From Trichechus inunguis (Eukaryota): a stretch of 64,000 nt of DNA. Shown in pieces: positions 25,946 to 38,705 of this stretch (position 1 is its first letter; each line of letters opens with the position of its first letter). Below the pieces are notes generated by a model. It was not told the DNA's origin. It was given only the letters and a program-made list of their open reading frames with translations, and did no database searches. Location of the stretch: contig CM102154.1 of assembly GCA_046562895.1 (NCBI GenBank), positions 28,205,733-28,269,732 on the forward strand, in the 5' to 3' direction. Position numbers and translations under genes: made by a program.

Positions 25946-27520
25946 CTAAGGGTGGTGAGGATGTCCATGAAACCTCAAGTCTGTAAAGACGAGTATTTGG
26001 CTTTGGGGAAGAACACAGCAGAGGATCAACATGGCCACTGAACTTTCTGATAAGAAATCAAGAAAAGTGTTTTACCAAATCCTGAATGGGTAATTTTCTA
26101 TAGCTCTTATCTGAGAAGCAGCCCATATACCCTGAGGATTCCTAGAACAAATTCCTAACTTACAGAAAATATTCTAGGTTGGGCCAGAAGCAAATTGTCA
26201 CTTTATATACATTTTTCTAGCTTGGAGGCCCCCGATACGTTGCTTAGAAGCAGTTTGACAATGTGGACTAGGGAACAGGTTTTCCTGCTTAGAGGCACGG
26301 AACAAGCGCCCTTCTAGATTATACTAACAAGGTATTTGGAAACACGGGAAGAGGCACAGCTGAAAAAATCAAAATCCTATATTGGGCCAGACTAACGACT
26401 CACTCAACTCAGCAGTGGCAACTGACTTATGTCCATTCTTCGTATGTGACTAGCTTCTAGCACAGAACATATTATCACCCACTGACACATCTGCTCCACC
26501 CTTCCCACAGTGAGGGCTTCCTAGGGACCATAAAAACTCCTCTTCCCTTGCTGAAGTTGCTACGCATTTCCTTCCTTTCTGATGTACATCTTACTCTGCT
26601 GTCAACAGGTTTCAGCTACCAAAAAGCTGGTGACAAAAGAGCAGAAAAAAATCCTGCCTTTCTACTTCTGTTACTCACTCCTCTCCACTCAATCTTGTTT
26701 TTTATAACTAGGCAAGCTTCATAAAGGAAGAAGAGAAAACTCCATCTCTGATTGTCCTCATCAACCCCTGCAGCCTCCACTGTTACTTTCTGTACCCCAA
26801 ACTCCTTTTATGTTATCCTTCCAGCTCCAATTAGCTCCTTGCCCTCTACCTCCTGAAGTTCCCACATCATTTCCATGAATATGTGTTCCTCATCTTTAAT
26901 AATTATTTCACAAAATGAAGTTTTAGAACATAACCCTTTCAAAAGCTGAGGACGACGCTGAACTATCCCTGATAAAAACTCCATCAGGTGTTCTGTGGGA
27001 AAGGAAGACTGGCGTCCTCTGATCCCAGCCTCAAAAGGTCTTGTAAGGTATCTCAAACAACTCTGGTTTCACCTATGAACGTAATACCTTTACCATTTAT
27101 AAACTGCTTTTTAAAGTTTTTATATTTTCACACTTCTGGAGTAACAAATTCTATATGTTTACCACCAATAATAAACATTGAGTAGTGCTCCTTAGTCTTA
27201 GTTATTAAGTTTTATAAAAAAAATAAGCTTCAAGATATTAATAAAAAAAACCTTCCATTGTTTTGAAGGCTTCAATCTTTACCAATCCTTCATTTTCTAA
27301 ACTGGAGATTCCTAATCTTTACGTATATAAAAGTCACCCAATACTACGTCCTGCCCAAGTCTGCAATGTTACCAACTCTGTTGTGGGTTTTCTGATGTCT
27401 AACATTTTAGGCTCAGATGAATCCGGCTTTGTTCTTGCAGTTCCCGCCACCCATGCAGAACACATAAATTGCTGGTATGGCACCTCAGAAATTAAAAAGG
27501 TATGAGTGGTGTATTCTCTA

Positions 27521-27802
<282 letters not shown>

Positions 27803-27815
27803 CTATTTTGACCTA

Positions 27816-28010
<195 letters not shown>

Positions 28011-28151
28011 TCATAGGATTTTTTTTTTGTAGCAATGGTAGGTAGAAGAGAAAAAGTATTGTAGGAAGAATCCTTGTCTCCTGAAATATCCTGTCTTCTA
28101 GGCTTTCACATATTCCCTTTCATAATTTCCAGTCTCCATATAGGCTGTTAA

Positions 28152-28355
28152 GGAGCCCTGGCTGCACAGTGGTTAAAGGGCTCGGCTGCTAACAGAAAGG
28201 TTGACGGTTTGAACCCACCAGCCACTCCGCAGGAGAAAGACGTGGCAGCCTGCTTCTGTAAAGATTACAGATTTGGAAACCCTATGGGGGTAGCTCCTAT
28301 AGAATCACTATAAATCAGAAGCAATCTGATGACAATAAGTTTGGTTGTTTGTTTG
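28152..28355 (+). mobile_element. AfroSINE (variant subfamily) in an OSGEP intron
   Basis: ggagccctggctgcacagtggttaaagggctcggctgctaacagaaaggttgacggtttgaacccacc... Confidence 0.75.
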
Positions 28356-29250
28356 AGATACAGGCTGTTCAGCTCTCAGAAATGTCCTTCTTCATAATCA
28401 ACTTAGTCTCAGGACTCAATTTAAGTCATACCTACCCCATACCCTTTAGTGATATTTATTTGTGACCCTATATAACCCAGTACATGTTTATACACAACAC
28501 TTAACATGTAACAATTATTGCTAAATAACAGAACCTACTAATTATAATTCCATGAGTACCTCAAAGCATTGGCTGTCTTTATTTTTGTACTCCCGGTGTC
28601 CGAGTACCTAGAAAAGTGAATGCTAAATATACATATATAGTTTTTCAGGTACACACGTGTCAGATGCTCTCTCCTGAGTGTGCAGGTGTATTAAGGGAGG
28701 GTAGGTGAAATATAATAGTTTAAAAACAAAATTTGATAAAAGTTGTAATGTGTTTCCTATTTTTATTTAATTTTCAAGAACCAATGATCATCCTCATTTT
28801 AACAGTAAAGAAGTCCAACAACATGGACACTGAATATGAACATTACAAAGCCATCTGACGTCTCAGCTGGGTCTTTCCACTCTGATCTCTCACTCTTATT
28901 CTGATTCTAAACTATTTCGATTGCATCTCTGATACTGTTTATAGTATAAATATATTTACACCCGCCTCCACAACAGGCTTACGACATCTATTTTTGTGTC
29001 CAGCAGCCAGCCAATGCTTGGCAAGTAAAAGACGCTCAACAAAAGCTAAGAGAATCCTGAAGATCCAGGTCTGAGTGCCTGCTGACTCTTCTATCCACCA
29101 GCCTTGTGACCTTAACACTGTCACATAATATCAGTGAGATTCCGATCAAAAACTGTAAAATGGGATAATGCACCTCACTTCACTCATGTTTAGGAAGATA
29201 GAGGGTGACACTGTGGTGAAGCGCGCCGTAAACTGCAAGCCCGCTACTCA

Positions 29251-30350
<1,100 letters not shown>

Positions 30351-30408
30351 ATGCCGAAGCGTGGGAAAAAGGGAGCTGTGGCAGAAGATGGGAAAGAGCC
30401 CAAGACCG
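30351..30408 (+). CDS. APEX1: APEX1 first coding exon (MPKRGKKGAVAEDGKEPKT)
   Basis: Acceptor ttgcag|gg followed by ATG at 30351; donor accg|gtagga. An upstream non-coding exon was not resolved. Confidence 0.85.
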
Positions 30409-30612
30409 GTAGGAAAATAAAATGAGCCCCTTTTCTGGGGGCTGCGGTGGGGGTGCTTCCAATCAATGTTCTCGATGAAGGAAGGGGAAGTATGGACTGA
30501 GTCTTGTTTTTGCAGGTTTTATGTGATGAAGTCGCAGGTTCTCGGGCATATGGTTAACTCCATGTAAAGGGTGGGAAACCACCAGCTTTTATCACTGTGT
30601 ATTATTTTGTAG

Positions 30613-30800
30613 AGCCAGAGGCCAAGAAGAGTAAGGCGGCAGCAAAGAAAAACGAAAAAGAGGCAACAGGAGAGGGTACAGTCTTATATGAGGACCCCCC
30701 AGATCGGACAACCTCACCTAGTGGCAAATCTGCCACACTTAAAATCTGCTCCTGGAACGTGGATGGGCTTCGAGCCTGGATTAAGAAGAAGGGTTTAGAT
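30613..30800 (+). CDS. APEX1: APEX1 coding exon 2
   Basis: Acceptor ttttgtag|. Translation is [63 protein letters not shown], then donor |gtgagt. Confidence 0.85.
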
Positions 30801-31322
30801 GTGAGTGGAATTCAAGGAGGGGAGGTGAAATTACCTTTTCAGTCCGTAGGATGCAGTTTTTATTTTCCCTTGCCTGTAATTATCTTGTGGAAGAGGTACA
30901 AGGGGAACTTCACAAAGACTTGCTAGTTGTGTTTATTAAACAGCCATTCTCTCAGTTCCACTGCCGTTGTCTTATGTCCTCATTTCTTTCCCAGTGTTTC
31001 AAAAATCTCTTTACTGGACTTTTCTTCGTTATATCTCCAATATATCCTTCATTCCAATTAACTACTGTTTAGAAATCTTAACTATCCACTGCGTATTTAA
31101 AAAATTTTTTTTTTCTGGTGGAGCACTCAAGACCCTTCTCATCTTTCTGCTTTACTTATTATTGTTAGAACACTTAACGTTGTTTTATACTTGTTTAAAT
31201 ACTGTTCTGCTAGACTGTTGAACTCCTTGTGCACAAAGGCTCTCCTGTGAATTTCTAGTATTTACCATATAGAGGTTAAACAAATGTCTGAATTGGTAAG
31301 ACTTTCTATTTTTCACTCCCAG

Positions 31323-31515
31323 TGGGTAAAGGAAGAAGCCCCAGATATTCTGTGCCTCCAAGAAACGAAATGTTCAGATAAAAAACTGCCAGCTGAACTT
31401 CAAGATTTGCCTGGACTGTCTCATCAGTACTGGTCAGCTCCTTCCGACAAGGAAGGGTACAGTGGTGTGGGCCTACTCTCCCGCCAGTGCCCACTCAAAG
31501 TCTCTTACGGCATTG
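31323..31515 (+). CDS. APEX1: APEX1 coding exon 3
   Basis: [64 protein letters not shown](G); acceptor ctcccag| and donor |gtgagac. Confidence 0.85.
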
Positions 31516-31657
31516 GTGAGACACTATTGATCCCTCATGCCTGAGCCCTTCCAAACCAATTGCTAATACCCTATTCCTGCCCCAACTCTTGATTCCTTCA
31601 TTCTTTGCTTTTTCTTTTGTAGTTCTTTCTGCTGATAGTCTTTTATCTTTTCTGTAG

Positions 31658-32175
31658 GTGAGGAGGAACACGATCAGGAAGGCCGGGTGATTGTAGCTGA
31701 ATTTGATGCATTTGTGCTGGTAACGGCTTATGTACCTAATGCAGGCCGGGGTCTGGTGCGGCTAGAGTACCGGCAGCGCTGGGACGAAGCCTTTCGCAAA
31801 TTTCTGAAGGATCTGGCTTCGCGCAAGCCTCTTGTGCTATGTGGGGACCTCAATGTGGCTCATGAAGAGATTGACCTTCGCAACCCCAAGGGAAACAAAA
31901 AGAATGCTGGCTTTACTCCACAAGAGCGGCAAGGCTTTGGGGAATTGTTGCAGGCTGTGCCACTGGCTGACAGCTTCCGGCACCTCTATCCCGATACAGC
32001 CTACGCCTATACCTTTTGGACCTACATGATGAATGCTCGATCCAAGAATGTTGGCTGGCGCCTTGATTATTTTTTGTTGTCTCAGTCTCTGTTACCGGTG
32101 TTGTGTGACAGCAAGATCCGTTCCAAGGCCTTAGGCAGTGATCACTGTCCTATCACCCTACTCCTAGCTCTGTGA
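31658..32175 (+). CDS. APEX1: APEX1 last coding exon (exonuclease-III family catalytic core, stop TGA 32173-32175); total CDS 957 nt, 318 aa
   Basis: Acceptor tctgtag|. Translation is [15 protein letters not shown]...[38 protein letters not shown]...[12 protein letters not shown]. The polyA signal AATAAA lies near 32409. Confidence 0.9.
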
Positions 32176-33228
32176 CACCTCCCAAAAATTGCTTTGAGTC
32201 TGGAAAATGAGCCCCCCAAACTAGCCTTTCTTCTTCAAAAATTTCTCTTTTGAGGAATCTGTGCAGTATATGCCTTCTAAAACTATAGTAATTCTCTAAA
32301 CATGCTCCTACTGACAGATTTCGGTTTCTATCTTGAACTTTTAAGCCCAACGTTTTTGTTTTGTGAGTTTTTTGTTTTTACATTAAACAAAAGCTACTGT
32401 ACTTGTGAAAATAAAAATCCATAGTTTCAGCCTTGCTGTCTATGTTTTATCTACTTCTTGGTGGGACTACAAATTCCCTTCTTCCCTGTCTTTTCATACA
32501 TACAAGTTAACAAATGGAAAAAAATAGAGTCATGACCTTATTTATTTACAAGCATAGATGAATCCCTGACCTCCCCTAAGACACAGCAACCCTATCCAGC
32601 CCAGACAAATAACTGCAACTGGGGTTAAGAAGGTTGGAAGGAGGAATTAAGGGAAATACAGGACTAGGGGAACATACCCCCACATTAAATAGTTATATAT
32701 ACATCAGTTCCTGTGAATCTGTACAGAGCAGCGGCTGACCCCACCCCCACAGGACACGGAATGTGGGGAGAGGAGACTGAGGGTACTGAGGCCAGAGCCA
32801 GCCCCTGGTGAAGTGCAATAGCAGCGGCAAGGTCCTAATGGTGCACAAAAGGGAGGGAAACCCCCAGGGCTACCCTGCCCCACCCCTGCCCTGGAATGTT
32901 TAAAGGACAGGAATGGCTCTCAGGGAACATATGGGAAGGCCAAGGCTAGAACCGTCTTTTAGAGCCCAGGTTTAGGGGCAACACTGTGCCTACTTCACCC
33001 TTAAACACAGCAACCCCTGGAGAAGAGCAGATGGCCACCGGTGGTCTTATTTACCCCTCCAAACCTATGTGAGGGCCTCGTTCCTTCCTACCTCTCCCCT
33101 GGGAAAAGGAAGGCAGCTGCTTGGCTTCTCTTATGAAAGCCCAGGGAGCCCTTTACCCCAACTCCCTTTGTAGTGTCACTGTCCCCACCAGGGAGGGGCC
33201 AGGCACAGTCTGTGTATCATGGTGGAGC

Positions 33229-33372
33229 TCAGGAGAAGTTCTGGGCAGGGTGGCTGACCTTCATACAGGCCCAATACAGGGCCCGGCCCAAACACAGCAC
33301 AGCCAGCAGGATGACAAATGCCCAGGCTGCATAGATACCTCCATATTGCCGTGCGTGCTTCCATGTGCCAAA
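33229..33372 (-). CDS. PIP4P1: PIP4P1 (TMEM55B) last coding exon (stop at 33229-33231); total CDS 834 nt, 277 aa
   Basis: Acceptor cttcag|. Translation is [47 protein letters not shown]. The 3'UTR runs to a polyA signal near 32540 (tttattta on plus). Confidence 0.8.
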   Translation of the reverse strand, partial: FGTWKHARQYGGIYAAWAFVILLAVLCLGRALYWACMKVSHPAQNFS

Positions 33373-33629
33373 CTGAAGAAGGTGAGGAAAAAGCAAAAAA
33401 AGATGGGATTAGTGTTGATCTCCTACCACTTCCCAGGAGCCCTGGTAATAGTGACACAGAACTCAAGCTTCTGTCCCAATTCCCTATCCACCTGTAACTA
33501 CCTTCAGGGACCTCTTTAAAAGTCAAGCTGCTCACTTTCCTTCCCCTAGGCAGGAACATATTCATACCATCCCAGACAGACACCTGTCAGTTTTTCTTTA
33601 TGTCTCACAACTGAGCCAGGCTTCCTAAT

Positions 33630-33795
33630 AAAAAACCCAAACCCATTGCCATCAAGTCAATTCCAATTCATAGTGACCCTACAGGACAAAGTAGAACTGC
33701 CCCATAGGGTTTCCAAGGAGCAGCTGGTAGATTCGAACTGCCAACCTTCCGGTTAGCAGCCATAGCTCTTAACCACTACGCCACCAGGGTTTCCA
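33630..33795 (-). mobile_element. AfroSINE in a PIP4P1 intron
   Basis: aaaaacccaaacccattgccatcaagtcaattccaattcatagtgaccctacaggacaaagtagaactgccccatagggtttccaagg...ccaccagggtttcc. Confidence 0.8.
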
Positions 33796-33982
33796 GCCTT
33801 CTTAATAGCAAATCTTAATTTAAGCCCCTTCTCCACTGTCCTGTCTAAAGAGAGAGAGAATGGCTATTTTTTACTTCTACAGTAACAATGAAGACTGTTT
33901 ATCAGCTACCTTCAATATTAGCTCATCTATGCCTTAAAAGAAAACTTAAGCAAACAGTCCTCAGTTTCTTTCACCTTTCTTT

Positions 33983-34180
33983 AAAACCCAAACCACTGCC
34001 CTTGAGTCAATTCTGACTCACAGCTGACCGTAGGACACAGCAGAACTGCCTCATAGGGTTTCTAAGGCTGTAATCCTTTACAGAAGCTGATTGCCCCATC
34101 CTTCTCCCATGGAGCAGCCAGTGGGTTTGAACCACTGACTTTTCGGTTAGCAGTCAAGCACTTAACCACCGCACTTCACC
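33983..34180 (-). mobile_element. AfroSINE variant in a PIP4P1 intron
   Basis: aaaacccaaaccactgcccttgagtcaattctgactcacagctgaccgtaggacacagcagaactgcctcatagggtttc... Confidence 0.75.
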
Positions 34181-34282
34181 TTTTTTTAGGGCAGGTATTT
34201 CCCAAATCTCCCAGCCTATGGAGATAAGGCTGAGGAGGAGGTAATCAGGAAGAATGAAAAGGGTTGAGTCAAGGTTACTCAC

Positions 34283-34373
34283 AGCAAGGCCAGTGGCAGT
34301 GACTGCCAAAAGCAAGCCAAGCAAGAAACAGCAGATACATCTCTTTCGTGGATATCTGCGCCCAATAGATGAC
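34283..34373 (-). CDS. PIP4P1: PIP4P1 coding exon 6
   Basis: (V)SSIGRRYPRKRCICCFLLGLLLAVTATGLA; acceptor cccacag| and donor |gtgagtaac. Confidence 0.8.
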
Positions 34374-34477
34374 CTGTGGGGAGGCAAACAGGAGTGGATG
34401 CTTGTGATGTTCCTGTAGTTTTTACTCCACACATTACTGTATTACCAGCTAAATGATGCCACTCCCTAATCACTTAC

Positions 34478-34530
34478 ACTTTCCTGCAATGAGGGCAACG
34501 TGCCAAGGTTCGGTCTGTGAACTCTGTCCA
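34478..34530 (-). CDS. PIP4P1: PIP4P1 coding exon 5
   Basis: [17 protein letters not shown]; acceptor ctctgtag| and donor |gtaagtg. Confidence 0.8.
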
Positions 34531-34705
34531 CTACAGAGAAAGAAAAAGAGAGAAGCCAATTAATGATAGAAGCAGGGTCATACTCACTGAGAACCCTGGG
34601 TGGGGGGGAGGGCAGAAAGCACACCTTTTCAGGATTCATATTATTACTCAGAGAAATAGAATTATTCCTAGTTTTTCCCCTGGGCTCCCCAATGCCCCTC
34701 CTCAC

Positions 34706-34811
34706 CAGAAAAGTATTCTTGCAATGTCCACAGATAACCCTGACACCCACAGGTTGTGGTTCTGGACTCAGAGGTCCTGGATGCACAGGCCCCAAGTTTA
34801 TGATTCTTTTG
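34706..34811 (-). CDS. PIP4P1: PIP4P1 coding exon 4
   Basis: (C)[35 protein letters not shown]; acceptor tatacag| and donor |gtgagg. Confidence 0.8.
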
Positions 34812-35237
34812 CTGTATAGGAGAAAAAGACTACATTTAAAACATTTTTAATCCTAAGGATTTTAATTCCTCCTTCACACTCCCCACTCCCTGCCTCTCTT
34901 ATCAAGTTCCTCTACTTCTCTGCAGAGGGGCTCTATCCCTCTTCTCCACCACAGAGAATCCTTGAAGAAACACACTGCTTAAATGTCAGGTCTTCAGTTC
35001 TTTCACCTCAGGAATAATCCTCCCAGTCCCCAAGGCTCTCCATTCTCCTAAAGGACACCATTTCCTCCCAATCTTATCAAGAGATGAGGTAGATGGTTGT
35101 AACATTTTGAGGCACAACAATCCTTAACGTTTTCTCCTAAATAAACTCCAACACACTTATATTCTCTATAAACATTTATCCTTCTTTGGCTTTCCAGTTT
35201 TCCCCACTTATGCCCCTCCCCACCTGATGCCTCTTAC

Positions 35238-35344
35238 CAATAGGGCCGAGGGCAGGCAATCCGCTGGGAAGTCACTTTGCAGATAAGGAGACAATTACAA
35301 GGGCAGCGAACATATTTTTTCCCTGGGGGTGCATTCTTGATAGG
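35238..35344 (-). CDS. PIP4P1: PIP4P1 coding exon 3 (CX2C zinc-ribbon-like region)
   Basis: [35 protein letters not shown]; acceptor ttttatag| and donor |gtaaga. Confidence 0.8.
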
Positions 35345-35712
35345 CTATAAAATAATGAGGATGTCAGCAAGCAAACCTCAGATCCCGGTCCTTTCCAATT
35401 CCCACCCAAAACACCTTCTAAGGAGAACTCAGAGATAAGGTCCTAATCAGGAAGAAGTGAAAGAAAGGCATATATCATGAGATTTGCTAATGAGAACTAG
35501 ATTTAATATCCAGAATAAGTATAAAAGTGACCAATGGTAAACATTAACTTTGGTGTGTGGCTTCTGGGGAAACGGATATCTGAGATTCTTGAACTGAAAC
35601 CTGAGTTTCATGTAGAACACTTGGGGAACACCTGCAAGTCGGCGTTTAAAATCAAGAGATCAAAAAGAGGAGCAGGAAACAGGGCCCATTTTTGAAGATA
35701 AGTAGAACTCAC

Positions 35713-35903
35713 AGTGGCTTCATTGCAGACACCACATTTGACTACATGCTGATGCATCTTGCCCTCCACGTTGATGAGAGACTGACAGACTCGGCAGGTG
35801 ATCATGGGGGCACTTCCACTATCAGGGCTGGTCAGGGGTGAGTAGGGGGGTGGGTCTTCCCCAGGCAACACAGCTGGGTGCCCTTCCGGGAACGGGGGAA
35901 ATG
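35713..35903 (-). CDS. PIP4P1: PIP4P1 coding exon 2
   Basis: (A)[63 protein letters not shown]; acceptor ctctccag| and donor |gtgagttc. Confidence 0.8.
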
Positions 35904-36235
35904 CTGGAGAGGAAGCAGATAAAGAGTAGGGCTGGGATCACTTGCAAACATTCCCACTGATGGTCTATGGTGCCAGGGAACTCCTTCTGGTCCTTAGTCT
36001 TTCTGACCAAGAAAGATTGTTCGGCGCTTCCCTTTGCTTTCCGAGAACCCCCGGCAGTTCCTGAGCGCTGCCCGCGATGGCGGAGAGACAGCCCACCCCG
36101 TCACAGGTGCAGCAGCCTTGCACCTGACGCTTGGGTCCCGCCTCCGCCCTTGGCCCCGCCCCCTCCTGCCCAGCAGAGCACCCGCGGGAACACCTCGGAC
36201 CCTCCCGGGCTTACCCTGGGGCGGGGCATGTTTAC

Positions 36236-36377
36236 CGGCTCCGTACGGTGGTGCGGAGGGGGTCAGGCCTCCCCCAGGCCCAGCCCCACTCCCGCCCGGC
36301 CCCACTAAACCGTTGCCGCCGGCGCCACCGTCGATGGGCTCGGAGAGCAGCGGGGAACGCTCTCCATCTGCCGCCAT
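36236..36377 (-). CDS. PIP4P1: PIP4P1 coding exon 1 (ATG chosen at 36377-36375; an in-frame upstream ATG at 36392 would add MAVAA)
   Basis: Translation MAADGERSPLLSEPIDGGAGGNGLVGPGGSGAGPGGGLTPSAPPYGA then donor |gtaaac. The sequence is GC-rich. Confidence 0.75.
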
Positions 36378-37060
36378 GGCCGCCACCGCCACCTCCCGCT
36401 CCGGCCAGGGATGGGACCGCTGCCGTCACCGCAGCCACCGCCGCCGCCGCTACCTGGTCCCCAGGGCGCCTGCGCGCCGCACGCCCGTCTCACCCCGCAA
36501 CCAGCAGCCCGCCCCGTTCCGTCCCGCAGCACGTGATAGGCTGCCCCCGCCCCCGCCATGCTATTATTAGTGGGGATAAACCAATTCCTGGTCCTGTGAA
36601 GACAGCTCTTCTTTTCCATTGGGGAACGGAGCGCCAACGTCAAGTGTCACATGACCTGCCGGATGCCGCTGGGCCTGCAAAAACTGCACGTGACTAGAGG
36701 TTCTACGAGCCATTGGAAGCGTAGCCCATCGCGCTACCTCCAAGCCAGAAGGTGGGGTTAGCCTGCTTCTGCTCACTGGTCATGTGTTTCCGGAAGCTGG
36801 ACTCTGTTCCGCGCTTAGGCACTTAATCTGCTCCTCATTGGTCCAAAGGAACCACTAAAAGACTCCCCCCCACCCTATGCGGTTATAACTGGCCTGTCAT
36901 TGGCTCGTAGCTTCCTTTCCCTCCTGTGGTCCTTGGAGGGCAATTTTATTGGCCCGAACTTAGCGCCAGAACTGCGGGGCGCGGCTTAAGCAGCTCAAGG
37001 GGCGGGCAATAAAAGACTGCAGATTTCGCTGGTTGTCAAGATCCCGAGTTATGAGCAGCA
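36378..37060. promoter_or_regulatory. PIP4P1: PIP4P1 CpG-island promoter with several inverted CCAAT (ATTGG) boxes and a GC box
   Basis: ctcattggtcc, gtcattggctcg, tttattggccc and gagccattggaagc occur within about 350 bp, together with ggggcgggc, upstream of the minus-strand ATG. Confidence 0.5.
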
Positions 37061-37480
37061 AAAGGGGGAGCGCTAGGCCACAGGTGGCCACTCTACCCAA
37101 ATAAGTATCTTTTAAAAATCAGAGTAAAGATATAGCAGGAGGAAATGGATTCAAACAGTAAAATTATCAGCCTCAGCCTCCCTTGCTGGAGTCAGTCTGG
37201 AACAAGACAGGCTTCTCCGGGAACCTGTCCCTGCAGACACCACACCCCTTCTCCGCCACCCCAAGATTAAATTGTAAATTTTTTTAGGAATCTGTCTCCA
37301 CCCTTACAAGGAAATCTCGCCCTTAACCACCCCCCCCCCCGCCCCCGTCCCCAAACACATATGCATAAGTGTCTGTTGAATGTACTAATAAAGCCTAAGG
37401 ATATTTTAGTTATCTTGTTCAGCAGTTGGGACAGTCTTAAGGTTAGTCTCCCTTTTGCTCTCCTCATGATACTACTAATA

Positions 37481-37672
37481 AACCCGTCCTTTTGATTCCG
37501 ACTCATAGTGACCCTGTAGGAAGAGTAAAACTGCTCCATAGGGTTATCCTAGGTTGTAATCTTTACCGGAGCGGATCTCTAGGTCTTTTCTATCCAGAAC
37601 GCCTGGTAGGTTTGAACTACTGACCTTTTGGTTAGCAGCCGAATGCTTAACCACTGTGCTGTCAGGGCTCCT
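37481..37672 (-). mobile_element. AfroSINE
   Basis: aaacccgtccttttgattccgactcatagtgaccctgtaggaagagtaaaactgctccatagggtt...ggttagcagccgaatgcttaaccactgtgctgtcagggctcc. Confidence 0.8.
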
Positions 37673-38502
37673 CATACTGGTAATAGAGAAGGTTATTCTG
37701 ACAATTGTTGAAAAAGACCTTAAGCAGCTCAGACATTTAAACACACAGCCAACCCACGTACTTATCCATATTCATCCGTACTCAACTTGCATGGCACCAT
37801 AGATAAGATACTCCTTTTCAAATCTATCAGGATGATCCACTAAATGAGTACCCAGGCAGAGATAAAATGTGTAGCATTTCCCCTTAGCTGCTGAACTTTT
37901 TTTTCTTTGTTTCAACTTTATGTATCAGGGTAGAGAAAGGACAGGCAGTTAAGGTGGACAGTTCCTAGTTCTGGGAAGAATGATAAACTGGTCTTCCTTA
38001 ATTATGTAAATATAGGGTGAGTAGATTATTATTCTGAGATTGATGGTGGATGATAGAGTAAAGATGAATCATCTTAAAGAGGCCTTGTTTCACAGTGTTA
38101 ACTGAAGTAGTCTTCCTTAGTTAAGCGAGTACAGGTTGGGAAGGGCCCCACTGTCATAGAAGAGGGAAGTACAAAATTTCTGTTTGGTGTGTCTTAAAGA
38201 GTTGCCTCATCCTAGTTACCTGGGAGGTCAAAGGGAGATGGTTCCTAGGTCATGCTCTTGGGAAGTATTTGATTGCTAAGAATGATAAAATTTTTTTTTC
38301 AGTTCAGATGTAGCTTGGAGGCTCCTTGACTGAGAATAATACTGAGAAAGTTGCCTTTTCTTGAAAAAACTCCTTAGATGAGGGCTCTGTCTTCTGCCTT
38401 CCCAGGAACCAAAGCAGAACCCTGAGGTTCTGTGAACTGTGAACCCAACCCTTGAGGACAGTGCCTCCCGTCCACTCTCCCACCAGCCTTATGTGGCCTT
38501 TA

Positions 38503-38705
38503 TGGGAGTGCAGTGGTTAACGGGCGTGGCTGCTAACCCAAAGGTCGGTGGTTCGAACCCACCAACTGCTCTGTGGGAAGAAGATGTGGCAGTTTGGCTT
38601 CCAGAAAGATTGACAGCCTTGGAAACCCTATGGGGAAGTTCTACGCTGTCCTAAAGGGTTGGAAACAACTTGATGGCAGTGGGTTTGGTTTAGTTTGGTT
38701 TGGAA
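38503..38705 (+). mobile_element. AfroSINE
   Basis: gggagtgcagtggttaacgggcgtggctgctaacccaaaggtcggtggttcgaacccacc...ggtttggtttagtttggtttgg. Confidence 0.8.

Noticed and set aside
36034-36697. Long plus-strand ORFs (178 and 188 aa) rich in Pro/Arg/Ala
   Set aside because: They are antisense or off-frame readings of the GC-rich PIP4P1 exon 1 and CpG island. The composition is low-complexity and there are no splice-consistent partners.
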